From positions 6,324,001-6,388,000 of the forward strand of contig CATNEN010000029.1 of NCBI GenBank assembly GCA_950097015.1: a stretch of DNA of 64,000 nt, given 5' to 3'. The notes beneath the pieces were generated by a model. It worked only from the letters and a program-made list of their open reading frames with translations, searched no databases and was not told the DNA's origin. A program made the translations under genes and the position numbers. Each line of letters begins with the position of its first letter. The stretch's first letter is position 1. The DNA is from Macrostomum hystrix (taxonomy: Eukaryota > Animalia > Platyhelminthes). This document shows positions 1 through 13,276 of this stretch, in pieces.

Positions 1-184
1 CTGAGTTTTCTCCATTTCTCGTTAAGAAAGGTTTATTAATCTATAAAATAAAAAATTAGAATGAAACAAGATACTAATGCAATATTCTACATAGCTGTTT
101 TAGGCACAAAATGTATCACAAATGGGCACGGACGACGCGACGTCAACAGAATTGAAATTGAAAGTTGTATTTTTTTCATAAAAA

Positions 185-1812
185 ATGACACGCATCAGAC
201 TGTCATTTCCATGTGCTGAATGACACGCATCAGACTGTCATTTCCATTACCAAAATGACACGCATCAGACTGTCATTTTCATCAATAAAAGGACACGCAT
301 CAGACTGTCATTTCCATCAATAAAAGGACACGCATCAGACTGTCATTTCCATTAACAAAATGACACGCATCAGACTGTCATTTCCATCAATAAATGGACA
401 CGGATCAGACTGTCATTTCCATCAATAAATGGACACGGATCAGACTGTCATTTCCATCAATAAAATGACACGCATCAGACTGTCATTTCCATTAACAAAA
501 TGACACGCATCAGACTGTCATTTCCATTAACAAAATGACACGCATCAGACTGTCATTTTCATCAATAAAAGGACACGCATCAGACTGTCATTTCCATCAA
601 TAAAATGACACGCATCAGACTGCCATGTCCATCAATAAAATGACACGCATCAGACTGTCATTTCTATGTGCTAAATGACACGCATCAGACTGCCATGTCC
701 ATCAATAAAATGACACGCATCAGACTGCCATGTCCATCAATAAAATGACACGCATCAGACTGTCATTTCCATCAATAAATGGACACGGATCAGACTGTCA
801 TTTCCATCAATAAAAGGACACGCATCAGACTGTCATTTCCATTAACAAAATGACACGCATCAGAATGTCATTTCCATCAATAAATGGACACGGATCAGAC
901 TGTCATTTCCATCAATAAATGGACACGGATCAGACTGTCATTTCCATCAATAAAATGACACGGATGAGACTGTCATTTCCATCAATAAAAGGACACGCAT
1001 CAGACTGTCATTTCCATCAATAAATGGACACGGATCAGACTGTCATTTCCATCAATAAATGGACACGGATCAGACTGTCATTTCCATCAATAAATGGACA
1101 CGGATCAGACTGTCATTTCCATCAATAAATGGACACGGATCAGACTGTCATTTCCATCAATAAATGGACACGGATCAGACTGTCATTTCCATTAACAAAA
1201 TGACACGCATCAGACTGCCATGTCCATCAATAAAATGACACGCATCAGACTGCCATGTCCATCAATAAAAGGACACGCATCAGACTGTCATGTCCATCAA
1301 TAAAATGACACGCACCAGACTGTCATGTCCATCAATAAAAGGACACGCATCAGACTGTCATTTCCATTAACAAAATGACACGCATCAGAATGTCATTTCC
1401 ATCATAAATGGACACGGATCAGACTGTCATTTCCATCAATAAATGGACACGGATCAGACTGTCATTTCCATCAATAAATGGACACGGATCAGACTGTCAT
1501 TTCCATCAATAAATGGACACGGATCAGACTGTCATTTCCATTAACAAAATGACACGCATCAGACTGCCATGTCCATCAATAAAATGACACGCATCAGACT
1601 GCCATGTCCATCAATAAAATGACACGCATCAGACTGTCATGTCCATCAATAAAATGACACGCACCAGACTGTCATGTCCATCAATAAAAGGACACGCATC
1701 AGACTGTCATGTCCATCAATAAAATGACACGCATCAGACTGTCATGTCCATCAATAAAATGACACGCATCAGACTGCCATTTCCATCAATAAAATGACAC
1801 GCATCAGACTGT
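185..1812. repeat. 35-bp minisatellite, ~46 copies (AAAATGACACGCATCAGACTGTCATTTCCATCAAT)
   Basis: 35-bp periodicity read directly; internal inverted repeat AAATGACA/TGTCATTT. Confidence 0.95.
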
Positions 1813-2539
1813 CTGTGGTGGTCCTGGGCACAAATCTGTGCGTGCTTTTGTGAGTATATCTGTTTGAGCAGACCAGGCGCGAGAATAAAATCATTGTCCA
1901 AGCTGTTCAGCGTGGGTTAAGTAGTCTCTAACAATTTTGGTGTCCCGCTGTGTGATATGAGATACTCATTAAAAGCCAGCTCGCTGCGGTAACTCACTTA
2001 ATTAAATTTCCCTTCGGTGGCCTTACGACTCGTATAGTTCGCGTTGCTTCCACGTAGAATTTCAACATTTTGTTCGATCACTCTGTTTTCAGTTTTTATT
2101 CTATGGCCAAAACTGCTCACGTTTAAATTGAGAACTCTTAGCCGATGGAGTCGATTGGAGTGTCATAGGAGGATACAACAGTGGACTTCTATAACCAGCA
2201 CAGATTGCGAAAAGCTAGCTTCAGAAGTGGCTATAGAAAGGAATGAAATTGTGATACATTTAGCTACGAAGTTTAACGACCTGCGAAGCTACGAGCTCGT
2301 AGGTTTAATTACGAGTAACAACCGACTATAAATGTTACGCGTTAGTCGTTGTTACCCGGTGTTACCCAATCTCATGGCGCAGTTACAAAAAATGTATGTT
2401 GATTTTCTCAGCCTACCTGGTTTGGTCTATATTTTTAATATATGTTTATTTGCCATAATAAAATCCAATACTTATTACAGTAATTGGATACATTCTTATT
2501 TTAGTTCTAGTTTTCAGTACCTTAGAAACACTGTATTCC

Positions 2540-2720
2540 TTAAACAGAGAGGGTAGATTAGCAATCCATTCTACTCCTTAAACAGATTGGATAGATTAGC
2601 AATCCATTCTACTCCTTAAACAGATTGGCTAGATTAGCAATCCATTCTACTCCTTAAACAGATTGGATAGATTAGCAATCCATTCTACTCCTTAAACAGA
2701 TTGGATAGATTAGCAATCCA
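2540..2720. repeat. 38-bp tandem repeat, ~5 copies
   Basis: Unit TTAAACAGATTGGATAGATTAGCAATCCATTCTACTCC; period 38 (2578, 2616). Confidence 0.9.
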
Positions 2721-2737
2721 GTCGTAGCCAAACTTAC

Positions 2738-2864
2738 GTGCTTGCTCGGGCAGTTTTTCAGCTTCCAGCGAAATCGACTGCGCTAAAAGGCTTGCAGATT
2801 TCTGCAAAAGCAGCAGCTGCAACAGCAGCAGCGAGGCTATTGAATAGCACGAAGTGGATGCCAT
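2738..2864 (-). CDS. Putative first coding exon of a secreted or membrane protein (signal-peptide-like); remaining exons not found
   Basis: ATG at 2864, MASTSCYSIASLLLLQLLLLQKSASLLAQSISLEAEKLPEQA; donor C|GTAAGT at 2737; pyrimidine-rich acceptor ctttttctcttag 17 nt upstream of the ATG. Confidence 0.5.
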
Positions 2865-3419
2865 GCCATCAGTGATATGTTCTAAGAGAAAAAGTGTTGA
2901 AAACAATGGACACTGCCTTGAACTGTGAACCACCTTTACAATAAAAAGACTTCAGAATGCTTCAGTTCCAATTCAAAATTGTAACACTTTCTTTTTATTA
3001 TATTTTTTCTGCAAGCCGTGCGCGCAGGTAGCTCAAGAAAATGTGTGAGAATTCCGATTTGGTTTGTTGGCCCAGTTCTGACCAATGGGGCGCTGAGTCA
3101 GATAGTAACTACACAGTAACTAATCCTACTGTGTTCCTATTTGAGTTGGCATTTGACAGCTTTTTTGAAAGAAGGAGTATAAATAGTTTTTTCCTCAGCA
3201 GCTGATTTGCTTGACATTGATAGGAGTCAAATTTTCCATATCGGGGTCAAAACCCACCTAAGTCATTATAGAATATATTTTACGGAGAGAATATTATAGA
3301 GTGTGTGGCTATACAAAGCAGAAAAAACTAATTATAAATTGGACTGTGGGAACTAGACAACTGAGAGTTGGGACATTGTGGGATGCTAGAGAATGAAGAC
3401 TATGGAAGAATGGAAGATA

Positions 3420-5830
3420 GGGGAGAAGAATTGATTGAAGATCATGAGAGGGGAAGATCGGGAGAGGGGAAGATTAGGAGAGGGGAAGATTGAGGAGAGT
3501 TTAAGATTAGGAGAGGGGAAGATAGGGAGAGGGGAAGATTTAAAGAGGTGAAGATTAGGAGAGGGGAAGTTTTAGGAGAAGGAAGATTAGTAAAGGGGAA
3601 GATTGAGGAGAGTTTAAGATTAGGAGAGGGGAAGATTAGAAGAGGGGAAGATTTGAAGAGGGGAAGATTGGGAGAGGGGAAGATCGGGAGAGGGGAAGAT
3701 TAGGAGAGGGGGAGATTTGAAGAGGGGAAGATTAGGAGAGGGGAAGATTAGAAGAGGGGAAGATTTGAAGAGGGGAAGATTGGGAGAGGGGAAGATCGGG
3801 AGAGGGGAAGATTAGGAGAAGGGGAGATTTGAAGAGGGGAAGATTAGAAGAGGGGAAGATTTGAAGAGGGGAAGATTGGGAGAGGGGAAGATCGGGAGAG
3901 GGGAAGATCGGGAGAGGAGAAGATTAGGAGAGGGAAGATTAGGAGAGGGGAAGATTGAGAGAGGGGAAGATTTAAAGAGGTGAAGATTAGGAGAGGGGAA
4001 GTTTTAGGAGAAGGAAGATTAGTAAAGGGGAAGATTGAGGAGAGTTTAAGATTAGGAGAGGGGAAGATTAGGAGAGGGGAAGATTAGGAGAGGGGAAGAT
4101 TTGAAGAGGGGAAGATTAGAAGAGGGGAAGATTAGAAGAGGGGAAGATTTGAAGAGGGGAAGATTGGGAGAGGGGAAGATCGGGAGAGGGGAAGATCGGG
4201 AGAGGAGAAGATTAGGAGAGGGAAGATTAGGAGAGGGGAAGTTTTAGGAGAAGGAAGATCAGTAAAGGGGAAGATTGAGGAGAGTTTAAGATTAGGAGAG
4301 GGGAAGATTAGAAGAGGGGAAGATTTGAAGAGGGGAAGATTGGGAGAGGGGAAGATCGGGAGAGGGGAAGATCGGGAGAGGAGAAGATTAGGAGAGGGAA
4401 GATTAGGAGAGGGGAAGATTGGGAGAGGGGAAGATTTAAAGAGGTGAAGATTAGGAGAGGGGAAGTTTTAGGAGAAGGAAGATTAGTAAAGGGGAAGATT
4501 GAGGAGAGTTTAAGATTAGGAGAGGGGAAGATTAGGAGAGGGGAAGATTAGGAGAGGGGAAGATTTGAAGAGGGGAAGATTAGAAGAGGGGAAGATTAGA
4601 AGAGGGGAAGATTTGAAGAGGGGAAGATTGGGGGAGGGGAAGATCGGGAGAGGGGAAGATCGGGAGAGAAGAAGATTAGGAGAGGGAAGATTAGGAGAGG
4701 GGAAGATTGGGAGAGGGGAAGATTTAAAGAGGTGAAGATTAGGAGAGGGGAAGTTTTAGGAGAAGGAAGATTAGTAAAGGGGAAGCTTGAGGAGAGTTTA
4801 AGATTAGGAGAGGGGAAGATTAGGAGAGGGGAAGATTGGGAGAGGAGAAGATTGGGAGAGGGGAAGATTAGGAGAGGGGAAGATTGGGAGAGGAGAAGAT
4901 TGGGAGAGGGGAAGATTGGGAGAGGGGAAGATTTGAAGAGGGGAAGATTTGAAGAGGGAAAGATCGGGAGAGGGGAAGATTAGGAGAGGGGAAGATTGGG
5001 AGAGGGGAAGATCGGGAGAGGGGAAGATTAGGAGAGGGGAAGATTTGAAGAGGGGAAGATTTGAAAAGGGGAAGATCGGGAGAGGGGAAGATTAGGGGAG
5101 GGGAAGATTGGGAGAGGGGAAGATTGGGAGAGGGGAAGATTGGGAGAGGGGAAGATCGGGAGAGGGGAAGATTAGGGGAGGGGAAGATTGGGAGAGGGGA
5201 AGATTGGGAGAGGGGAAGATCGGGAGAGGGGAAGATTGGGAGAGGGGAAGATTGGGAGAGGGGAAGATTGGGAGAGGGGAAGATTGGGAGAGGGGAAGAT
5301 TGGGAGAGGGGAAGATTGGGAGAGGGGAAGATTGGGAGAGGGGAAGATCGGGAGAGGGGAAGATTAGGGGAGGGGAAGATTGGGAGAGGGGAAGATTGGG
5401 AGAGGGGAAGATCGGGAGAGGGGAAGATTGGGAGAGGGGAAGATCGGGAGAGGGGAAGATTAGGGAGAGGGGAAGATTGGGAGAGGGGAAGATTGGGAGA
5501 GGGGAAGATTCGGGAGAGGGGAAGATTGGGAGAGGGGAAGATTGGGAGAGGGGAAGATTGGGAGAGGGGAAGATCGGGAGAGGGGAAGATTGGGAGAGGG
5601 GAAGATTGGGAGAGGGGAAGATTGGGAGAGGGGAAGATTGGGAGAGGGGAAGATTTGAAGAGGGGAAGATTTGAAGAGGGGAAGATCGGGAGAGGGGAAG
5701 ATTAGGAGAGGGGAAGATTGGGAGAGGGGAAGATCGGGAGAGGGGAAGATTAGGAGAGGGGAAGATTGGGAGAGGGGAAGATTAGGAGAGGAGGAAGATT
5801 GGGAGAAGGGAAGATCGACGAGAGAAGAAG
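3420..5830. repeat. 16-bp polypurine minisatellite (GGGAGAGGGGAAGATT) with higher-order blocks
   Basis: 16-bp periodicity; variant block ttaaagaggtgaag recurs near 3540, 3970, 4437, 4724. Confidence 0.95.
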
Positions 5831-7059
5831 ATGGAGAAGGAAATTGAGAGATCAAATAGAAAAGGTAAAGTTTAAGAGGAGATAATGTGTGATTGCTAGG
5901 CTAAGTCTCAGTTATCGATTGGACTGCATCGAAACTAAGTCACAGAAATAGTTTTTGGTAAAGATATTAACCAGCTTACGAGCGCTACATTTGTTTAGGC
6001 CAGACAGAGGCTGAAAGCGAATCAGAACCCAGTGAAATATTTGATTGAGCAAGGCCTGTTTGACCCGTGAGATGCCAATTTTTCGAGTTGTCTAAGAGAT
6101 TTTTTTCCAGTCGGAGCCAGGACGAACCGACTCTGTGAGAAATTCTCGTTGTTTAAATAATGCCCAACCGCAGAGCGGGCTGACATAAAGGCGCGAGTAA
6201 CCCTATACCCGCCAGGCGGTGACCGGGGCTGGTGCGACCTGAAATTATATTTCATCTGTCTGTAACCAGGCGCAGGTATTCCAGATCCACATCATCACCA
6301 TTGATTGTTAAACTGGCACCTAAAAAATGATCTCAACTCACTAATAATAGAGAGAGAGAGAAGGCAGAGCCAGACAGAATTCTCAAGTGGGCCAAAGTCA
6401 AACAAGAAACGAGACGGAGCTAATGGGCAAATACTGAATTTGTATGAAAGACTGGCTTAGTTACAGGGGTCGCTAATATCAGTGCGCCGTATTACCTTAC
6501 CGCCCGGTAGCTAATATAGTTGGCAAGGCGGTTTGAACTTATTTTCTGGACTGTCAAACAGTCAGTCATAATTCCATGCAAACAATGCTGGGGCCAGTGA
6601 CAGGATGACACTATTAGAAGAGACCCAGTGGGAAACTGGCAAGGGATTTGAGAAGTGTCGTGGGAGTTCATGGGAGGGGCTGTAGGACATCCTACAGGTT
6701 ACTCAAGTCACACATCAGGAAGATGCCAACACAAAGCCGGATATTATTTTCTGCGTGAAGTGAGAAGACATTGCTTCAAGTTGTCAATTGAAGGACTCTT
6801 GCATTATAGCAGGTTTGGTCACAATATTTCCTGACACACAATGCTACAACTAAATGCAATGGTAAGAAGCAACAGACAGGAAAACTTACGAGTATAAGTT
6901 TAGGTCTAGTGACTTTGTTTAAAATTTGGTTCAACCGATAATTTTTTCTATTTTATTCCGTACTTGAGACAATTAAAGCTCGTGTTTTTTTCTGTAAGTG
7001 TGTATAGATGTGCATTTTTATATGTTGTGTTAGTCTGCTTTTAATGTTGATTTTTATTA

Positions 7060-8040
7060 GTGTGTGTGTGTGTGATCGTGTTGGTGTGTGTGTGATCGTG
7101 TTGGTGTGTGTGTGATCGTGTTGGTGTGTGTGTGATCGTGTTGGTGTGTGTGTGATCGTGTTGGTGTGTGTGTGATCGTGTTGGTGTGTGTGTGATCGTG
7201 TTGGTGTGTGTGTGATCGTGTTGGTATGTGTGTGATCGTGTTGGTGCGTGTGTGATCGTGTTGGTGTGTGTGTGTGATCGTGTTGGTGTGTCTATGACTG
7301 TGTTGGTGTGTCTATGACTGTGTTGGTGTGTCTGTGACTGCGTTGGTGAGTCTATGACTGTGTTGGTGTGTCTATGACTGTGTTGGTGTGTCTATGACTG
7401 TGTTGGTGTGTCTATGACTGTGTTGGTGTGTCTATGACTGTGTTGGTGTGTCTATGACTGTGTTGGTGTGTCTATGACTGTGTTGTTGTGTCTATGGCTG
7501 TGTTGGTGAGTCTATGACTGTGTTGGTGTGTCTATGACTGTGTTGGTGTGTCTGTGACTGCGTTGGTGAGTCTATGACTGTGTTGGTGTGTCTATGACTG
7601 TGTTGGTGTGTCTATGACTGTGTTGGTGTGTCTATGACTGTGTTGGTGTGTCTATGACTGTGTTGGTGTGTCTATGACTGTGTTGGTGTGTCTATGACTG
7701 TGTTGGTGTGTCTATGACTGTGTTGGTGTGTCTATGACTGTGTTGTTGTGTCTATGGCTGTGTTGGTGAGTCTATGACTGTGTTGGTGTGTCTATGACTG
7801 TGTTGGTGTGTCTATGACTGTGTTGGTGTGTCTATGACTGTGTTGGTGTGTCTATGACTGTGTTGGTGTGTCTATGACTGTGTTGGTGTGTCTATGACTG
7901 TGTTGGTGTGTCTATGGCTGTGTTGGTGAGTCTATGACTGTGTTGGTGTGTCTATGACTGTGTTGGTGTGTCTATGACTGTGTTGGTGTGTCTGAGACTG
8001 TGTTTGGCGTTTCTGTGACTGTGTTGGTGTGTCTATGACT
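7060..8040. repeat. 20-bp GT-rich minisatellite with two sub-arrays
   Basis: GTGTGTGTGATCGTGTTGGT switches to GTGTCTATGACTGTGTTGGT near 7290. Confidence 0.95.
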
Positions 8041-8984
8041 GTGATTGCTACTGACAGTTGGGGAGAAAAAACTATGCTAAATAGCCAATCACTGTGCCAA
8101 ACCAAATAGGCAAATATTGCAATCTGAGACAAAAGCCAGCCTTAAAAAAGTAGAGATATGTAGCACGCACTGAGGAAATCACATAAGTAAAACTAAGCGA
8201 AAAGCAAGAAGAAATAAGGGGTGGACACTAGAGCAGTGGGGAACAAATTGAGTTAGTTTTGAGGCAATTTTCTCTCTGAAGGCGGTTTGGCATAGACGAG
8301 CAGTGCTGGAGACCGCAGTGTGAAGTGCCTGCCTATAGAAACGGAATGCTAAAGTAGGCACTAGCCTAAACAGCTTGCACACTTTCCATTTTCACACCTC
8401 CTCCGCTTTGCAATACGGGCCTAAGTATAGGTGGGAAGACAGTCATTGAGAGGATTTTTTGCCGTCTGTCTGGCATCCGCGCATGCGAGATCTCGAAGCA
8501 CTTGAGGCGTCGCCACGCGCTCTGCATCCGTTTGTTGATTGAATTATATCGTTCCCCCTGACCAGGCTTTCTTATTTGAAAAAAAGGGAAAAATACACCA
8601 GCACACAACTGAGGGCTTAATTTGCCGTCTCAGTGTTATTAGCCATGGTGACTCACTGTTCATGTTGTACGCTTCAAAGGCGTAACACTTAGTAGGGTGA
8701 AAGGTAAATTGATACTAGCAATTTCATACTAAACGCTGTAGTTTTTAATCAAAATGCTGTTGAAACTAAGATAATATATCAATATTTGACGAATATTTTA
8801 GTTTCTAAAATTCTAAAGACCGACTTGAAGTAAATAATTTTTTTTCGTTTTAGTGCATTTATTTTACGACCAGTCTACTCAAAGTAGGCTTATTGGCATT
8901 TTGTAAAAACTGTTAGCTTTTCTCGAAAACATTATCTGTGATATACAAATGCTTAAATTTTCCCGAAATCCCAAAATATGATAT

Positions 8985-9540
8985 TTCTGTCTTGAAGAAA
9001 ATCAACTCTCCTAACTAACAGGTGACACCTGTCTTAAAGACAATCAACTCTCCTAACTAACAGGTGACACATTGGTGATACCTGTCTTGAAGAAAATCAA
9101 CTCTCCTAACTAACAGGTGACACACCGGTGATACCTGTCTTAAAGACAATCAACTCTCCTAACTAACAGGTGACACATTGGTGATACCTGTCTTGAAGAT
9201 AATCAACTCTCCTAACTAACAGGTGACACACCGGTGATACCTGTCTTGAAGAAAATCAAATCTCCTAACTAACAGGTGACACATTGGTGATACCTGTCTT
9301 GAAGATAATCAACTCTCCTAACTAACAGGTGACACACCGGAGATACCTGTCTTGAAGATAATCAACTCTCCTAACTAACAGGTGACACACCGGTGATACC
9401 TGTCTTGAAGATAATCAACTCTCCTAACTAACAGGTGACACACCAGTGATACCTGTCTTGAACATAATCAACTCTCCTAACTAACAGGTGACACACCGGT
9501 GATACCTGTCCTGAAGATAATAAACTCTCTTATCGATCAG
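8985..9540. repeat. 53-bp tandem repeat, ~10 copies
   Basis: Unit GATACCTGTCTTGAAGATAATCAACTCTCCTAACTAACAGGTGACACACCGGT; period 53 (9130, 9183). Confidence 0.9.
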
Positions 9541-10444
9541 GTGACGCATCTGTCATTAAGATCCAACGAGGTGTCAACGAGTTATCAATATAAAAATAGA
9601 ATTACGAAAAGCAAAAATGAGACCAATGAAGAATTTCTCCATAACAGTCCTCCAAAGCAGTTAAGCTAGTTGTGCGCCTCCAGGACAAGAGAACAGTTTT
9701 ATGTCAATGCATGCATTCAAATATGCACTAACGCACATTTAGATTTAGACATGAATATAATAGTTTAATTAGCGCATACTACTCTTAATAGTACAATTAT
9801 TATAAGCAAAGTGAGTTGCATCAGGTATCATTAATGTACTATTATGATTGAGTAATAAATATAATAAGAAATGTAAGCAACAGACATTTTGACATGATAT
9901 ATAGTTTGCATATATTTTCGGAAAAAAAACATAGCTAGCATGAACCATTTTTTAATGGACTGGGAAGGAAAGGACAGTTATAGATAATTTCTTTGTCAAA
10001 TACACATTTCAAATTGGTGCGAAAAAATGAGATGCATTTAAATTACCCAAGACAAATGATTTAAAAAAACATTTTCAAAGAAGCCTTATTATCTTTAAAA
10101 TTAAATTTCTAATTAAGCCGAAAATTTGCTAGACTAGAAACCGCATACGAAACAAATAATTAGCTCTGACGTTTCTAGTAAACTGCAAAATTCTCGAACA
10201 GAAAACAAGCCTTTCTAAGAAAGCTAATGAATTAGCTTTAATTTTAAGGATCGAGCCGATGAGATACCCAGTCTAATAATTAACATCCAATCAGCATGTA
10301 TAAATGAGATATCTGTCTAAACGACAGTGACTCTGGAATTCTAAGAATCACGTTATTATAGATTCAAGAAATATGCCACGAAGTTTTAAAAAGTCCCGTA
10401 ATTTAATTTCTTGGAAACGTCGCAAAATGTTTTTAAATCATAAC

Positions 10445-11680
10445 ACTGAGTTCCTTAGAATCCTGCCATTCGGGTTTCCGAGAATCCTGTCTTTTGGGTT
10501 TCTGAGAATCCTGTCTTTTGGCTTTCTGAGAATCCTGTCTTTTTGGCTTTCTGAGAATCGTCTTTTGGGTTTCTTAGAATCCTGTCTTGGGTTTTTAAGA
10601 ATCCTGTCTTTTTGGGTTTTTGAGAATCCTGTCGTTTTGGCTTTCTTAGAACCCTCTAATTAGGGTTTCTGAGAATCCTGCCATTAGGGTTTCTAAGAAT
10701 CCTGTCATTCAGGTTTATAAAAATCCTGTATTTATGGCTTTCTTAGAATCCTGTCTTTTGGGTTTCTGAGAATCCTGTCTTTTGAGTTTCTGAGAATCCT
10801 GTCTTTTGGGTTTCTGAGAATCCTGTTTTTTGGGTTTTTTAGAATCCTGTCTTTTGGGTTTCTGAGAATCCTGTCATTCAGGTTTCTAAAAATCCTGTAT
10901 TTACGGCTTTCTTAGAATCCTGTCTTTTGGGCTTCTTAGAATTCTGTCTTTTTGGGTTTTTGAGAATCCTGTCGTTTTGCCTTTCTTAGAATCCTCTAAT
11001 TCGGGTTTCTAAAAATCCTGTCATTCAGGTTTCTAAAAATAATGTATTTATGGCTTTCTCAGAATCCTGTCTTTTGGGTTTCTTAGAATCCTGTCTTTTG
11101 GGCTTCTTAGAATCCTGTCTTTTTGGGTTTTTGAGAATCCTGTCGTTTTGCCTTTCTTAGAATCCTCTAATTCGGGTTTCTAAAAATCCTGTCATTCAGG
11201 TTTCTAAAAATCATGTATTTATGGCTTTCTTAGAATCCTGTCTTTTGGGTTTCTGAGAATCCTGTCTTTTGAGTTTCTGAGAATCCTGTCTTTTGGGTTT
11301 CTGAGAATCCTGTCTTTTGGGTTTTTCAGAATCCTGTCTTTTGGGCTTCTGAGAATCCTGTCATTTGGGTTTCTCAGAATCCTGTCATTTGGGTTTCTAA
11401 AAATCCTGTCTTTTTGGCTTTCTTAGAATCCTGTCTTTTGGAGTCCGGACATTTTAGGTTTCTGAGAGTCTGGACATTTTAGGTTTCTGAGAGTCTGGAA
11501 ATTTTAGGTTTCTGAGAGTCTGGAAATTTTAGGTTTCTGAGAGTCTGGACATTTTAGGTTTTTGAGAGTCTGGATATTTTAGGTTTCTGAGAGTCTGGAC
11601 ATTTTAGGTTTCTGAGAGTCTGGACATTTTAGGTTTCTGAGAGTCTGGATATTTTAGGTTTCTGAGAGTCTGTACATTAG
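10445..11680. repeat. 24-25-bp minisatellite with a variant terminal block
   Basis: TCTGAGAATCCTGTCTTTTGG(G/C)TT; TCTGAGAGTCTGGACATTTTAGGTT from ~11440. Confidence 0.9.
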
Positions 11681-12120
11681 GGTCCTTTTGTTTCTAGGAA
11701 ATCTTTGGGTTTGCTCAAATTATGTTTCTTACAATTGTATAATCTGGTTTCTCACAATCATGTTACAGTTTTCGAAAAACTTTACAAAGGAAAAAATCTA
11801 CTTTTAGAGTGAAGCAGGGAGCAGCGCAGAAGAAATGAAAATACAGAACAAGTCAATGAGCAAAAAACTGTCGGGCAAACAATGGCCAGCTTAAATATTG
11901 CAAAACATGATTATTCTTTACTAAAATAAGTTAAATTGTAGACTAATTAATTATTAATCAACAGGCTGAGAAAATGGAACAGGTTTCGATAATTGGGGAT
12001 GGGATGGGATTGATAACGGACGGTGGAAACTTGCTGGCCTAAACAAACGGGGCATTTTTTTAAGGGACGGGGGTAGCTGGGTGTAGGCGAGTGGCTTTGA
12101 GTCGGGGTGCTAGCAGCAGA

Positions 12121-12257
12121 TCAGGATCGGTGCAGATTGCGGCTGAGCACGCTGCGAACATCTGTGACGAATCTGAGTGAGTCCAGCATTGGCAGCAGGG
12201 CTAGCAGGGCGGTGTCTGAACTGTCAGAGAACCACGACGCAATAGGGATGGCGTTCT
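12121..12257 (-). CDS. CTDNEP1: CTDNEP1 exon 5 (last): [45 protein letters not shown]
   Basis: Acceptor ccgcag at 12258; TGA at 12121-12123; close to the recalled vertebrate C-terminus. Confidence 0.95.
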
Positions 12258-12379
12258 CTGCGGGATGGTGAAAGGTGTAAGCGGCGCGCCGTTAACACCA
12301 AATATTGCTACTTTTTGTCTTTTAGGATGAGTGGGAATCGGGAGATAAGGATATGGGACCGGGAAGAGGGTTGGATACG

Positions 12380-13115
12380 GGAGAGATGCGACACAGGAGA
12401 GACAAGGCAGAGAATGATTTAAGCGGGAAGATATGAGACAGGGGAGAGATGAGACAGGGGAGAGATGAGACAGGGAAAAGACGAGACAGGGGAGAGATGA
12501 GATGGGAGAGATGAGACAGGGGAGAGATGAGATGGGAGAGATGAGACAGGGGAGACGAGACCGGGGAGAGATGAGACAGGGGAGAGACGAGACAGAGAAG
12601 AGATGAGACAGAGGAAAGATGAGACACTGGAAAGATGAGACAGGCGAGAGATAAGACAGGGGAGAGATGAGACCGGGGAGAGACGAGACAGGGGAGAGAT
12701 GAGACAGGAATCAATAAATGAGACAATGGAGATATGAGGCACGGGAGAGATAAGACCGAAACGGCAGAGATGACACAGGGGAGAGATGAGACACGGGAGA
12801 GATGACACACGGGAGAGATGAGACAGGGGAGAGATGAGACACGGGAGAGATGAGACACGGGAGAGATGAGACACGGGAGAGATAAGACACGGGAGAGATG
12901 AGACACGGGAGAGATGAGACACGGGAGAGACGAGACACGGGAGAGACGAGACACGGGAGAGATGAGACACGGGAGAGATGAGACACGGGAGAGATGAGAC
13001 ACGGGAGAGACGAGACACGGGAGAGACGAGACACGGGAGAGATGAGACACGGGAGAGATGAGACACGGGAGAGATGAGACAGGGCAGAGATGAGACACGG
13101 GAGAGATGAGACAGA
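12380..13115. repeat. 16-bp purine-rich minisatellite (GAGATGAGACACGGGA) in CTDNEP1 intron 4
   Basis: Direct periodicity. Confidence 0.9.
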
Positions 13116-13276
13116 GGAGGGATTACACAAGGGAGGTCTCTATTCGCTAAGCGTTGCGAAAAACTCCTTAGGAAGATAATAAGAGAGTTGCCTATCGCAG
13201 TCTTATCGCTTAAGCTTTTGGGTATGAACAAGCTAGAATAAGCAAAGAAGTTTCTGAAATAAAATAAATTACTAAC

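Noticed and set aside
2300-2360. Imperfect hairpin GTAACAACCGACTA/TAGTCGTTGTTAC
   Set aside because: Single isolated stem with no second copy or TSD; no function can be inferred.
6022-6255. Crypton/DUF3504-like motif (SARSAVGHYLNNEN)
   Set aside because: One short weak motif, with no catalytic residues or flanking homology.
8179-8608. Possible decayed RT C-terminus (INKRMQSAWRRLK...TVFPPIL)
   Set aside because: Only faint resemblance to RTE-type motifs; it needs an HMM search and cannot be supported by eye.
8985-9540. CRISPR-like look of the 53-bp and 43-bp arrays
   Set aside because: No unique spacers, no cas genes, eukaryotic context.
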